Shown here one piece after another: positions 38,121 to 50,964 of a stretch of DNA of 64,000 nucleotides (position 1 is the first letter of the stretch; each line of letters begins with the position of its first letter). Source of the stretch: Utricularia gibba (Eukaryota > Plantae > Magnoliophyta); contig CM007990.1 of NCBI GenBank assembly GCA_002189035.1, forward strand, positions 6,129,690 through 6,193,689. The letters are read 5' to 3'. The position numbers were made by a program, and so were the translations under genes. Under the pieces are notes generated by a model, which saw only the letters and a program-made list of their open reading frames with translations, searched no databases and was not told the origin of the DNA.

Positions 38121-39781
38121 CTGTTGATTTTAATTACTAAAACCCTCGGTACTTGTGAATGGTCGGTCGGTCACGGAAATAGTAAGCACTCTTTATTAAT
38201 AAACTAAAAACAAATATGTTAAATCAATTAACAAAAATTATTAAAAATGTATTCCATTCCTTTATTTATTCATCAATGTAAATACGAAGAAACATGACGT
38301 TTATATTTATATTGACTATTAAATAATATTATATTTGCGTTCATTAAAATCTGACGACACGTCCAAAATGATGTTGGCCCAGTGACTCCAGATGCTCGAA
38401 GTGGGTGAGCCCAGGAGATTTGGATCTGGATCACAAATTAGGTCTGGGCCTCTCCGTACATGACTCGACACAGCACACTCACTATCCCAATCCGTATGTT
38501 TGAAAAATCTATCTGCCTGGGCCTGGGGCCTGGGGGCTTCAAGTATATCCATATTATTTGAATGTACCGTTTATACGATGGAGGGGTAATTATAATGTAT
38601 ACGAATAAAAGAAAAATATCTCGCTATGAAAAGAAAAATAAATACCATAAATATCTCGTTATTGAAGAGCCTCGATATATATTGTCTGTTTGATCGTAAG
38701 ATGATGCACTGGTGGTTTGAGTATTTGCGGTTAGTAATGAAGTCAAGTCAAGGAGCGCATCGCCGTGACGCAACGCCTGACTGACTTTTCTTGTTCTACT
38801 GCCACTATTGACTTTGCAGCAAACGCGTTCATATTTCTTTCTTTCCTAAATGGCACACGTGTTGTGTTTTCATTGACACACTGACTTGGTTGCACATTCA
38901 TAAACCTTCCTGCTAGTTCCTACTCTACTCCCAATCCCAAACTGAATTTTGTGTGTTTAATGGATGTGTAACTTGCTTCCTTTTAAAAAAATAAACTAAT
39001 CACATCTGAAAAATAATATTCTTCTAAATAACCACATCTGAATAAAGTCGAATTCTAGTAGTAGACTGGGTGAACAGTCAACGCATGTGGGGACGGGCGA
39101 TAATTTCTGGATACCTGGTGCATGGTCGGTGGTGCCTAGAGAAAACGGCAAGAGGAAAACGCTGGGATCAATAATGCCACGTGTGTGTTAATGCTGGGTT
39201 GCCTTGCAAATATTTTCGTCGGTGGTCGTATGGAATTATTACAGACGCCCGCCCACCTCTTCTAGAAGACGAATGCAATTTGTGGTTTGTGCGCACCTGA
39301 TATCAACCTTCTAATCAAAAAGTCCACAACTCATTCCCTTCCGTCCGCGGGCGCCCTCACCGCCCCTGGTTTATGCAATTCTACACTTGCCACTCTCACT
39401 CGACATAAAAAACCCAAAAAGGAATAGACCAGATTTTTGAGTCCCACGTTATTTTAGGCAGAGTGATGTCATGCGCTTCCAGAAGACATGTTTTTGTTCC
39501 AATAATATAACAAGTACGTTGGCACGTTGAGGTCTAGTTCAGTTCATGAAATAAGTGTATTCGATTATTCAGTGTGGTTTGTGTTCCTCCGGCGTGTTTA
39601 GCGGTATGTATGTGGGTGGAGCCCCCTCAGCTCAGACATGGCATTTGAAAACTCCAGAAGTTGAGCGGTTGTTTGGAAATAAAATAACCCCCCAAAAAAC
39701 GAGGCTAAACATCTCTTGAATTTGGCCGCGGCGCCTATAAAACAAAGTAGACCAAGTTCCGCAGTTAGGGGATTTGGTGAT

Positions 39782-42670
39782 ATGGCGTCCCCTACTGCTA
39801 CTGGATACCAACGGGAATCAAGTTTCAGCGCCACATCCCAGAAGCAACTTCCCGACGCTAACAATAAAGGCCTCCATCATGCGGATTCTCTGAATGTCGA
39901 GGCCGGAGATGTTTCCACTGCTCCAAGCCATCGCGCCGGAGCTCCGGTAATCCCGTTGATCACCCATCCTACATGCTCGATTTCCCCGTGTTTTATCTAC
40001 TGAGATCTGGAACAGGCGAGTTGGCAGAGAACGTTGCGCTTGGCGTTTCAGAGCATCGGAGTAATATATGGAGACATCGGGACCTCGCCCCTGTACGTCT
40101 ATTCCAGCACCTTCACAGAGGGAATCAAGAACAGAGATGACATCCTGGGTGTTCTTTCACTCATAATCTACACTGTAATTTTGATCCCCATCATCAAATA
40201 CGTCTTCATCGTGTTGTGGGCTAACGATCACGGCGACGGTAAATCCCCGACCCCCATTCTTCGCTCTTTCTTTCTATGCAGCTACTGCTGCAATGATTTC
40301 TAGCGTTATATTGATTAGGAGGAACTTTTGCACTGTACTCAAAAATCTGCCGGTACGCCAAAGTCAGTCTCATACCAAATCATCAACCCGAGGATAGAAG
40401 CCTATCCAACTATGAGGTGCTCGAGGAGGCACAGTCATCTCTACTTGGACGATCTAAATTAATCAAAAACAAACTCGAGTCGAGTACCTACGCCAAGATT
40501 ATCCTTTTTCTCTGCGCAATATTAGGAACTTCCATGGTGATCGGAGATGGTGTTCTCACTCCTAGCATCTCTGGTCAGAGAATGGAAAAGTCTTTTTTAC
40601 TGTTAATTCAATTCGACCCAACAGTACACGTATCCATAATTTTTTCTTTCTTCCCTTGCAGTTCTTTCTGCCGTCGGTGGAATCAAGGGTCTTCACGGAG
40701 GTAACCACATACTCCGTTTGTGCAGGTGGGTGGAACCATGGAGATTATATCAATAAATTCATGTCCTTGCTCATGGTTGCAGATTCTGTTGTCTACATAT
40801 CGGCAGCCATTTTGGTGGTTCTCTTCTGCGCGCAAAGATTCGGGACGGACAAAGTCGGTTACACTTTTGCGCCAGCGATCACCTTGTGGTTCTTGTTCAT
40901 AGCGGGAATCGGTGTCTACAACTTGATCACCTACGACGTCTCCGTCTTGAGGGCTTTCAATCCGAGATACATAATCGATTACTTCCAGAGAAACGGAAAA
41001 ACTGGATGGGTTTCTTTGGGTGGAGTTGTTCTCTGCATCACAGGTTCCCGCTTTCTTAAACGCTTCCTAAAGTCACTGCGCAAAACATGACTACCTCACG
41101 GTCATGTGGCTGACTATTACATGTGTTTGCTCCGTTCTATTATTCCATCAGGAACTGAGGCGATGTTTGCTGATCTGGGCCATTTCAATGTTCGTGCCAT
41201 CCAAATAAGTTTCACAACCATGGTTTTTCCAGCTATATCGCTTGCCTACATCGGACAAGGTGCATACCTCACCAGATTCCCAGAAAACGTCAGCAATACT
41301 TTCTATGCCTCCATACCCAGTAAGTTGGCCATCCACTTTGTTTAATCGTCTCATAGCAGAGCAATGAGGCAAAAAACACAAACAGCTTGTGTTATTTTGT
41401 AGAACCAATCTACTGGCCAATGTTCGTGGTAGCGGTTGTGGCTGCCATAATAGCCAGCCAAGCCATGATCTCCGGCACCTTTGCCATTATTTCTCAATCA
41501 CTCAGTCTCGGCTGCTTCCCCAGAGTGAAAGTTATTCACACATCAGCCAAATACGAGGGCCAAGTCTACATTCCTGAAATCAACTACCTCCTCATGACCG
41601 CCTGTGTTGTGGTGACCTTAGCCTTCAAGACAACCACCAGCATCGGCAATGCATATGGTGATAAGATCAAAAAAATATCCTCAGATGATTATCAAAGCGT
41701 CCCTTTATTCACAATCTTTCTTGCAGGTATTGCTGTTGTGGCTGTGATGCTGATCACAACCTCCATGGTGACTCTGATCATGCTTGTCATATGGAATACG
41801 AGTATATGGCTGATCGCGTTATTTTTCGGAGTGTTTATCACTATAGAAATTATCTACTTCTCATCTGTTTTGTTCAAGTTCACTCAGGGAGGCTACCTTC
41901 CTCTGGCCTTCGCAGCAGTGCTGATGACAGTCATGGGAATTTGGCACTACGTCCACAAACAACGTTACATGTACGAGCTGAGGCACAAGGTCTCGAGTGA
42001 TTACGTCAAACACCTGGCGATCGACGCTAATATCAACAGATTGCCCGGAATAGGACTTCTATACGCAGAGCTCGTTCAGGGAATTCCCCCAATCTTCCCC
42101 CATTTTGTTCGAAATGTGCCCTCTGTTCATTCGGTCATCATCTTCGTGTCTATAAAGTCGATTCCCATCAGTAGGGTGTTGCCAGAGGAGCGATTCCTTT
42201 TCCGGCAGGTGGAGCCCAAGGAATATCGAGTATTCAGGTGCGTTGTCAGGTACGGATACAATGATGTGATCAAGGAGGCCAATGAGTTCGAGACTCAGCT
42301 GTTGGAGAGCCTGAAAGCCTTCATCCGCCGTGAGAATTACAACAATCTCATGACTGAATCAGCAGTAGCTGCTCCACCTCCTCACTCCAGTGCTCTCCTG
42401 GTAGCTGAGGAGTCGCTGGAGCAAGTACCAGCAGTGGAGTGCGAAGAGAGAGTTTCATCGATGCAATTCGTCGATAGAGCGATGGCGGAGGGCGTGTTCT
42501 ACCTGATCGGAGAAGCGGAGGTGGTGGCGCGTCATGATTCCAACTTGTTGAGAAGTTTCGTGATCAACAAGGCCTACAGTTTCTTGAGGAAGAACTTCCG
42601 GGAGGCGGGGGAGACGCTGGCGATTCCGCGTGACAGAATGCTTCGCGTCGGTATGACCTACGAAATATGA
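39782..42670 (+). CDS. HAK5: HAK/KUP/KT high-affinity K+ transporter, cluster I (HAK5-like), copy B
   Basis: Same motifs and intron positions as copy A, GT-AG introns, ends LRVGMTYEI*. Confidence 0.93.
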
Positions 42671-42889
42671 AAAGCTATAATACAGCATAAAGACTAGAAC
42701 GCAAAGCGTCCGAGTACATTGGCCAGCTCGGTGCCCCTAGTTGTGTGTGTGTGCGTGGATGATGAATTGATCACGGAATCAAAGCGGCCTTTCTGGTGGC
42801 GATTCAACTCCAACCCGGATACTTAAACAAGACTCAATCGTTTCCTAGCACAAAACCTGGTCTCTCGTTTTAGCCCGCTTTTCTTGAGT

Positions 42890-43660
42890 CCATGGTGGAC
42901 TGTTTATCTGATCCAACAAACTGTCCATAAACCGTGCAAAGCAAAACTTTTTCCATCTTGAACAGGGGCGAGTATTCCTTCAATCATACGCTCACCACAG
43001 AGTATGCATGGAGTAGTCAAGAGCTGTATTCTGCCCGATTGCTCTAGGAAGGCCATCAAATATGGGGATGGCTGCAGAAGAAAGAGCGTGAAAATCTGAT
43101 TTTATGCTCCACTTGGATGATTGCTATAAAGATGAAATGCTTCATTATCTGCACCTGGCAGACTTGGAATGCTTGATGGCATAGAGTGAATGGGCCATTG
43201 ATATAGGGCTCGTACTGCCAGCTCGGAATCAGAAGACGTTCTACTGAAGACTTGGGTGGCTCTCAGAGCCAACACTTGTTGCCATGCTGCTGCACTACCA
43301 TTAGGGATTCCCTCCTCCACAATTTTGCCAGTTTGGGTAGACAAAAAATCACTCTCTTTAACTTTTAACGCCTTCTCAACTAGCTTCAAAATCCATTCAT
43401 CTGTGCCCAGTGCCCGTACAACATTCCCCATCACCTGACAAAAGAGGATCGTGGAGACCACCATAAGTCTTGTCTTATAGCAAATTTCCCATTTTCCGTG
43501 ATACTCGATGGCGCTTGGGGATTGGGGAGTGGTGAAGGAGAAGGAGATGAAATAAGCTGACTGCAAACCCTTCCAGGATAGATTTTTATCTTCTTCCCAA
43601 GTTCCATAATAATCTTGCCAGCTACTCATAAGTCATAGCTGGGGAAACTTGTCTGCGAAA
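42890..43660 (-). pseudogene. Unassigned coding-like remnant
   Basis: 175-codon ORF 43629-43102 with an exon-like block VMGNVVRALGTDEWILKLVEKALK...; neighbouring frames give WQYEPYINGPFTLCHQAFQVCQ and, after a polypyrimidine CAG acceptor, PSPYLMAFLEQSGRIQLLTTPCILCGERMIEG. Family not recognised. Confidence 0.3.
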
Positions 43661-44095
43661 ACCAACGGTCATGGAAATGTATGAAGTGAAACATTTTGGA
43701 CTCTACAGTATACAGTACAAAAACAAAGTATTGTATTTTACTGTCTACAAAAAAAAAAAAAAAAAAAAAAAAACCAGTATCCTATTTTTAAATTTTGTAA
43801 TAAAATAAACAATTAATCTTTCAATGTTCCCTTCTCTCCCTTCGACGGAATGGTGTCTGGCAAACCCTCGGTTATATTCCAGATCTCAGCTTTCCGTCGA
43901 CTAATCCCACTTCTTGCGTTCCAAGCAATCTGGATCCTTCTGCTTGCTTCTTATTTCTTTGGCTAGCTGATCCATATTTCCGGTGAGGCGATCTTACATC
44001 AAACGCCTTTACTGACGTTTGTATTATCGAGATCTCTTCTTCTGCGGCGCTGGGCTCTTCTCAATTTTTGATTCAGATAAGTGACAGTCTCCGTG

Positions 44096-46917
44096 ATGTC
44101 CGGCTCTGGACTGACTATGACTCCTCAAATGGAGCAGCTTCATGGAGAAATTCGCGACACTATGCGGGCCATTGCGTATGACTTCTTAACATACTTCGCT
44201 CTGCTCTTGTGTAGATTATCGGAATCAGTTTTTACTGTTCCTGTTGCGCCTGTTTCTGTTTCATCTCGAAGTGAGGATTTAAGCTGCCCCAACGAGCTGA
44301 TTTGCTTTCACATAACTTTCCTCTGAAGGATCTCTTTATTGCTTCTGTTGGATTGCTCTTACTTTTAATTTTACGTAACTTAGTGCTGGGAAATCCTAAC
44401 TCTTGCTTCAGTGTAAATCAGACTTCGTACTGGAGCTATTGACTTGCTTGCTTCTTTTCATAACCAGACATGGATTTCAGAAATTGGATAAAATCAAGGA
44501 GCCTAATAGGCAAAGTAAGCAGTTGGAGGAGCTTACTGGGAAGATGAGAGAGTGTAAAAGGTAACATAACTGTTTTTTTGTGCAGCATGTTGGATTTGCC
44601 AGTCGTTTAAACCTTCTGTTTGGCTGTTGGTGTCGTCTTCTAAGGCTTATTCTTTGTTCAAATTTACGTGCTTTTGATTAATATTGATGCCAAAAACTTG
44701 CAGATTGATTAAGGATTTTGACTCTGAAATTAAGGACGAGGAATCAAAGAATCCTCCGGAAGTTCACAAGCTGCTAATTGAGGAAAAACAATCTATGGTA
44801 AGTGTGACGACTTGGAAAATTTCATTTTCAAGAAGTGGTCGTGTATATAAAATGTTTATTCTTCATAGTACAAGTAACAATGCTTTTGTTTCAGAAATTT
44901 AATTTTTATTAATGATTCATCTACTGCGTGCATATATTGATATGATGCAGTGTCTCAATGAAAGCATCTCTCTTCTTTCCTTTTTTGAGTTTCTCGAAGA
45001 AAATAACTACATCTGCAATCCTGTTAATTCTACATTAATCACGTAGCTTGCACAGAAGGGCTTGGAGTGTTTCTGTAATATTATGATGTGTTTTGTTTGT
45101 GAAATCTTCTCTGTAGTAGAACGACGTTGGTGGATTACTGTTCATTGATTTTTAGGTTTCCAATCTTCCATTGACATGGTGGAGTTCTACTTTTGTATTG
45201 TAGTGTCAATATTATATGTCGAATTCTATTGTAGCGTTAACCTTTATGGGTAGGAGGTGCATCTTAAACCAGTACCTTGTTCTACCTTTTATGTTGTTAT
45301 GATTCAGTTCTCTTTTGCAGATAAAAGAGTTGAATTCATATGTTAGTTTGAGGAAAACGTAAGTTTGTTTTTTTCTTTGTCTGTCCTAATGTTGTACTAT
45401 GAAATTTTTTTATTCTCTGACTACATCCTTCTCATATTTAGTGTTTTTCCATGATTTGTTTTCTCTTTTTACACAGTTGCATTTTCTCCCATTTGTTCGT
45501 GCAGTTATATGAGCACTCTTGGAAATAAAAGGGTAGAATTGTTTGATATTGGAACTGGTGTTTCAGAGCCAATGGCTGATGAGAATGTTAAAGTGGCATC
45601 AGGTTGTATCCTGTATCTTTTTTTTTTTCCATTTTTTTAACTGGGTTCCCTACTAGCAGTACTTGAATGTTTGGATAGTTGTCCAACTGAATGAGGTCAG
45701 GATCATCTTAGTGTATGCTAATCTTAAAGCCTCGCGTTCTGAATTATACAGGTTCTGCTGCACCAAGAACTCGTAGTGGCTTAAGCACTTACTAGACTCT
45801 CCTTCTTTCCCTTTTTTTTTTTAATGTAGAAATGTCAAATCAGGAGCTTATTAGTGCGGGTATGAAGACAATGGATGAAACAGACCAAGCCATTGAGCGA
45901 TCTAAACAGGTAATTTTCATTTCATTGGATAACCCCTCTTGAAAAATATAAGACAAGTAAGTTATCCACCGTGTTGTATCTGAACTTACTGTCACCGTAG
46001 GTTGTTCACCAAACTGTTGAAGTTGGAACACAAACAGCTGCTGCATTGAAGGGCCAAGTCAGTTATCCACTGTGCTGGTCTCGTTGTCATGTCTTCAATC
46101 GCCTTCGTTTATACTAACTGGTGGTTTCTTTATTGCAATTCATGTAGACTGAGCAAATGGGTCGTATCGTGAATGAATTGGACACTATCCAGTTTTCCCT
46201 CAAAAGGGCATCACAGCTTGTGAGGGAAATCGGTAGGCAGGTACATCAGTTACAAAAAAGAAAAAAAAAACCATATGAAAGTGTATTCTACCTGTCTGCG
46301 GCAATACTATAGCATGTGTCTGGAAGCTTGCGAATGCCTCTGTAATATGAGACCGAAATTAGGATCCCGCATAGGTTACATGAACCGCACTGTATATTAT
46401 CCTTCATTCCAGCATGCTGTAAGTGAATATTCACCCTCTTCCTATTTACAATTTTACAGGTGGCTACTGACAAATGCATCATGCTTTTCCTTTTTCTAAT
46501 CGTGTGTGGAGTTATTGCCATCATTGTGGTTAAGGTACATACACAGACCCATTTAGGTTTCTCAAGCTTCACCCAATCATGTCTTCCTTACCGCTTTATG
46601 CAGTTTTGTTTTAGTTGATCCAGGTTTTACCAGGAGAACTGCATGATCCTGGACTACTAAGATTTTACTCTTTTCCATTTCTTTTTAAAATCACGTAGTC
46701 TCTGAATTACCGCTTTTTATTTTTATTATTGCATTGCTATTTCTTCTATTTTACCCTTGACCCTGCCATATGTGATTTTAATGATTGGTAAACTATGCTA
46801 TTGTAGATTGTGAATCCCAACAACCGAAATATTAGAGATATCCCTGGATTGGCTCCTCCTGCACAGACGTCAAGGAGATTACTGTATTCAAAGGCATTAG
46901 CACCGTATCTTGAGTGA
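44096..46917 (+). CDS. NPSN: Novel plant SNARE (NPSN11/12/13 family, Qb-SNARE), multi-exon
   Basis: PQMEQLHGEIRDTMRAIA|HGFQKLDKIK...KQLEELTGKMRECKR|LIKDFD...; TMDETDQAIERSKQ; EQMGRIVNELDTIQFSLKRASQLVREIGRQ|VATDKCIMLFLFLIVCGVIAIIVVK|IVNPNNRNIRDIPGLAPP...RRLL. Confidence 0.93.
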
Positions 46918-47338
46918 ACGTATGTTCTGCAATAGGGTCAACCATCATTCAGTTTCTTGTTCTATATGTCCATTACTGCGTGTGAATAGAGGGTGTGCGT
47001 ACCTGAATTGAAACATCTTTCTTCACTTCATTGGTTGAACCTGGAAGTTCATAAGATTGTGTTTTAGCTTGTTTCATTGCGAGGTCTACATAATTTTGAT
47101 GAATCTGGCAGGTCTTCCACAAGGTTCGCATCTACGCTCAAACTAAGTGGATATGATGCAGAAGGCCACGCGCCTCTGAAACATAATACAGCAAACTCAC
47201 CTGATCAATAAATGAGCTCTCAATTCAGAAACCTGGGGGAAAATACATATCTGCAAGAGCACACACAAAACCACACCAAAAGCAATATTTTGAAGAGTCG
47301 GACCCTTCATCGTCAACATGTTGAAGTATGAATGGCGT

Positions 47339-49057
47339 TTAGCTGGATGAGCTGGATCGTGCATTCAGTAGAGGCTGCAGTGTATTCACTATAATGCTGA
47401 TGTTGGGACGAAAATCTGCCTCATATTGCACACACAAGGCAGCAACTGCGGCCATCTGTTTTTGTGTCCACCAATTCATAATAAGCGCATGCAGTCAAAC
47501 GATTAGTTTTTTATTTTGATATGAATGAAAATAAATCTTACTTGCCTTAGCAACTGCCTTAGGAGGGTAATTCCCATCGAGTCTAGCATCCACGCACTGC
47601 TGTACCTTGTCCTCGCTCAGCTTGGGCGTTGCCTCATTATTCCCGCCTTTTGTTCAGAACGACGGCCATGAAGCAATAGAGAAAATGCTGTGCAATAAGT
47701 GGTGGATTTACCCATGTCACAAGGCTCTGCTGCCCCCTCGGTAGTGTACGATCCACCGGTTTACGGCCGGTCAAGAGTTCCAGCAGCACAACACCGAAGC
47801 TGTAGACATCACTCTTTGAGGTTAGTTGGCCTGTCATTGCAGACCTGCAACCAAAGAGAAGAATCCAGCACTGTGGAAAAGAACAAAACAGACCCTTGTA
47901 TCCATTACGTCTCACCGTCTAACCTAAATTACAAGGGCCACTCGAAAGAGGAAATAATATCGGGGAGCATACTCTGGGGCATGATATCCAAAAGTTCCTA
48001 GAACACGAGTCGAATGAAGTCGCGCTGCCATGTCTGGGGCTTGGTTTGACAAATCAAAATCCGCAATCTTAGCAACATCATCGTGGAAAAGTAAGACGTC
48101 GCTTGACTTGATGCCACAATGAATTATAGAGGGTTGTGCCTTTTCATGCAAATATTCCAACCCCTTAGCAGCCCAACGGCAATTTTAACTCTTTGGGACC
48201 ATGATAAAGCAGGACCCGGAGTTGCAGTTTTATCACCTTTTCGTCCTGCACGTAGCTAAAGAGGTTGGAGTTCCCAAACAATGCAATTATTAGGGAGACA
48301 TCCTGAGTGAACCGATTATTAGATCATCAAATTCTGCATGCGTATAATATCCCTGATAGCACGCTTACAGATATATGACTTAATTTTCTTCCCTAGAAAG
48401 ATTTTCGAAAGCATTTGAGAAGTTCAACTAGGGGAATTACTCACCGTGCAGCATGTCATGCAAAGACCCCCTTGGAGCAAATTCATAGGCCAAAACTCGA
48501 AGACCACCGACGACACAGTAGCCAAGAAGCTGAACCACATTTTCACACATTATGCGGGACATCATAGAGACCTGAAACACAGTGTCAGGAAACCATCGAA
48601 AGTTGATGTGAAGTGTTCAATCAGGGAAATGTGAGGCAACGATGCAGACAAACTTGCGATAAAAATTCTTGATCCGGTTGCTTGCTAGAATCCAACTTCT
48701 TTATTGCTACATCCTGTCCATTTTTGAGAGTCCCACGATAGACCCTCCCATAGGAGCCCTCACCAATCAAAGAACCTTGGCCAAAATTATCAGTTATGTC
48801 CCTAAGTTCCTCCACTGAAATTTCAGGGACATCAATAGGCTGTATGCTAATATATTTCCTGTCCTCAAGGGCGGTTTCCATGGCTCGATGTCCTGCGGGA
48901 TTGCCTACGGAAAATTCTGCTGGGATAAACGAAGACAAAATCATCCAAATAAGGACAACCTGAGAGAAGGCTCACCAGCAGAATAGTTTGTCTGATAGGA
49001 TCGGTTAACACGAGCCCTACGTGTGTCATCGTCATCACAACAGCTGAAGCAACTCAT
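47339..49057 (-). pseudogene. PTI1: PTI1-like receptor-like cytoplasmic kinase, frameshifted with inactivated catalytic loop
   Basis: MSCFSCCDDDD; [11 protein letters not shown]; [34 protein letters not shown] -1 deletion lies in the run at 48172-48174 (VGAAKG). HRDIKSSN reads HCGIKSSD (48121-48098). Atypical GAG acceptor near 47633. Confidence 0.82.
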
Positions 49058-50964
49058 GATTTAATGGTGCATTGAAAATATCCGAAAAAATGGGAAAAAC
49101 TGTCAGAACATGATCCCCAAGAATGATAACGGGTTCTTATTCGATTTGGAGGAAAAAAACGCATTCGTCCATTATAACGTGCTTCTTTTACATGAGAAAT
49201 CTTTGGAGGCACTTCATTTGAAACCAAAGTTTGAGAACATCTGTCACCTTGTCAGAGGAAACATAAACTCGCAGCGCACTTGAATAATTCGAAAGAATAG
49301 AAGTGCAGTATTTCAAATGTTTCGATAAGTGTAACTCCTAAGAGATTCAACAGTATACGGCATCCGTGATGATTCGGAGATGGACCTTCAATATTGAGAT
49401 ACGCAAGCAATCTTGGTATCCCTAATTGCCGGCAGGAATAAAAATCATTTGGATTCACACCTTTAAACAGAATACCCAACGAAAACGCAAAGCCAGAAAC
49501 AAAAGAACATGAAACAGAAGATGCAATGCGAAATAAAACGCAAGCCAGGAAACAAACTGACGTACATAAAGGACAACGGCCGACGCCTTACCGGAAGAGA
49601 GTTTAGTGATGGTGAATATGAGGGTTGAAAATGCTTGGGACCTACTGCTGCAGTCGAAACACGGGAGGAGACGATAGTGAGTAAATCACCTATTTCATCG
49701 CCCGCCATACTTGCCGTGTCCGGTCTAGCAATGATATGAGAAAAAACGAAAAAGAAAAGGCGAAGTGCGTGAGAATTAGAATTTTCATCCCCGACCCCGC
49801 ATCAGCCGCAGTTTAGACTTTTTGCATCAAGGGGATCTTCCCAACCTTACACCAACTGCTCTACTACCGCAAATCCATTCACTGAACCAACTAACGCACT
49901 GCCTCAAACACAACCGGTGTGAATGCTGTTTTTTTTTTTTTTTGGCCTAAACTGAAAACGTTATTTTTTCATACAATATAGAAAACTATAATGTCATGCA
50001 CATTAGATTATCATCTTCTTCCAATTCAAGGCAACCATATATATGCGTAAGTACAAGAAACGCCACAAATTCATTCAATGATTTATCCTGCAACTCCATT
50101 GGAACAAAAGCAATTTATATATTATGTTATCGGTTTTTTAGACAAGTGTAAGGGAAAAAAATAGCCTTTTTTCAACACAAAATCTAGTGGAGTCTGGAGG
50201 GAGTAAACGGAATTGTAGGTAAAAGGCGGGCGCGGACCACGGGGATATTTACTTTCCATGGGTTCATTATATTTACATTTGTACCATGGGGATAGTCGTG
50301 GCTTTCTTTTTTTTTTATTTTGAAGATTCACCTTATCTTATAATTTTCAATCATAATAGTACAACAGCGTTCCGTTGCACCGTTTTTCGGTGACACCTTT
50401 CCCTAGCGTAGTCCCTATTAGCCGATGCCCGTTGGATCTCGTGGGGATAGTCGTGGCTTACACTTCCGGTATTCAGCAGAATTCCGCATCCTCCGTATGG
50501 TAGGCGTGGCGGGACCTGATCGACCATTATGTCATCCAAATTTTGTTGCAAGTGGACTGAGAAAGATCAGGAGCTTTACTTTTTACCTCTTATATTGTAA
50601 ATCCATCTGATTACTTTAGGACGCTGCATGCAGTATGATAACATTCATTGGATATTTAATAATGGGGGCAACGTTGCCTTTTTTCTTTTTAATAATGGAT
50701 GTAAGTGGTGGTTGTTTGTTTGTTGAGATTGATAAAATGAAGGTATGCGCCCTTCCACTAGTTTGATTGTCATCATCTTTGTTCCGGGCTCGCATTCCCA
50801 TTTTAGGCATGTCCAGAAAAGCCAGCGTTGTTCCGAGAAGAGGTAGATCCCTGTGGTGATCCTGTTCCGTCTCCAAAGTTCACAATTCCATTTACTTTGT
50901 TTTATACAATAAATAGAAGCGTTGATATCAACCTGCATCCACCGGTAAAATATAGAACAGAAAA

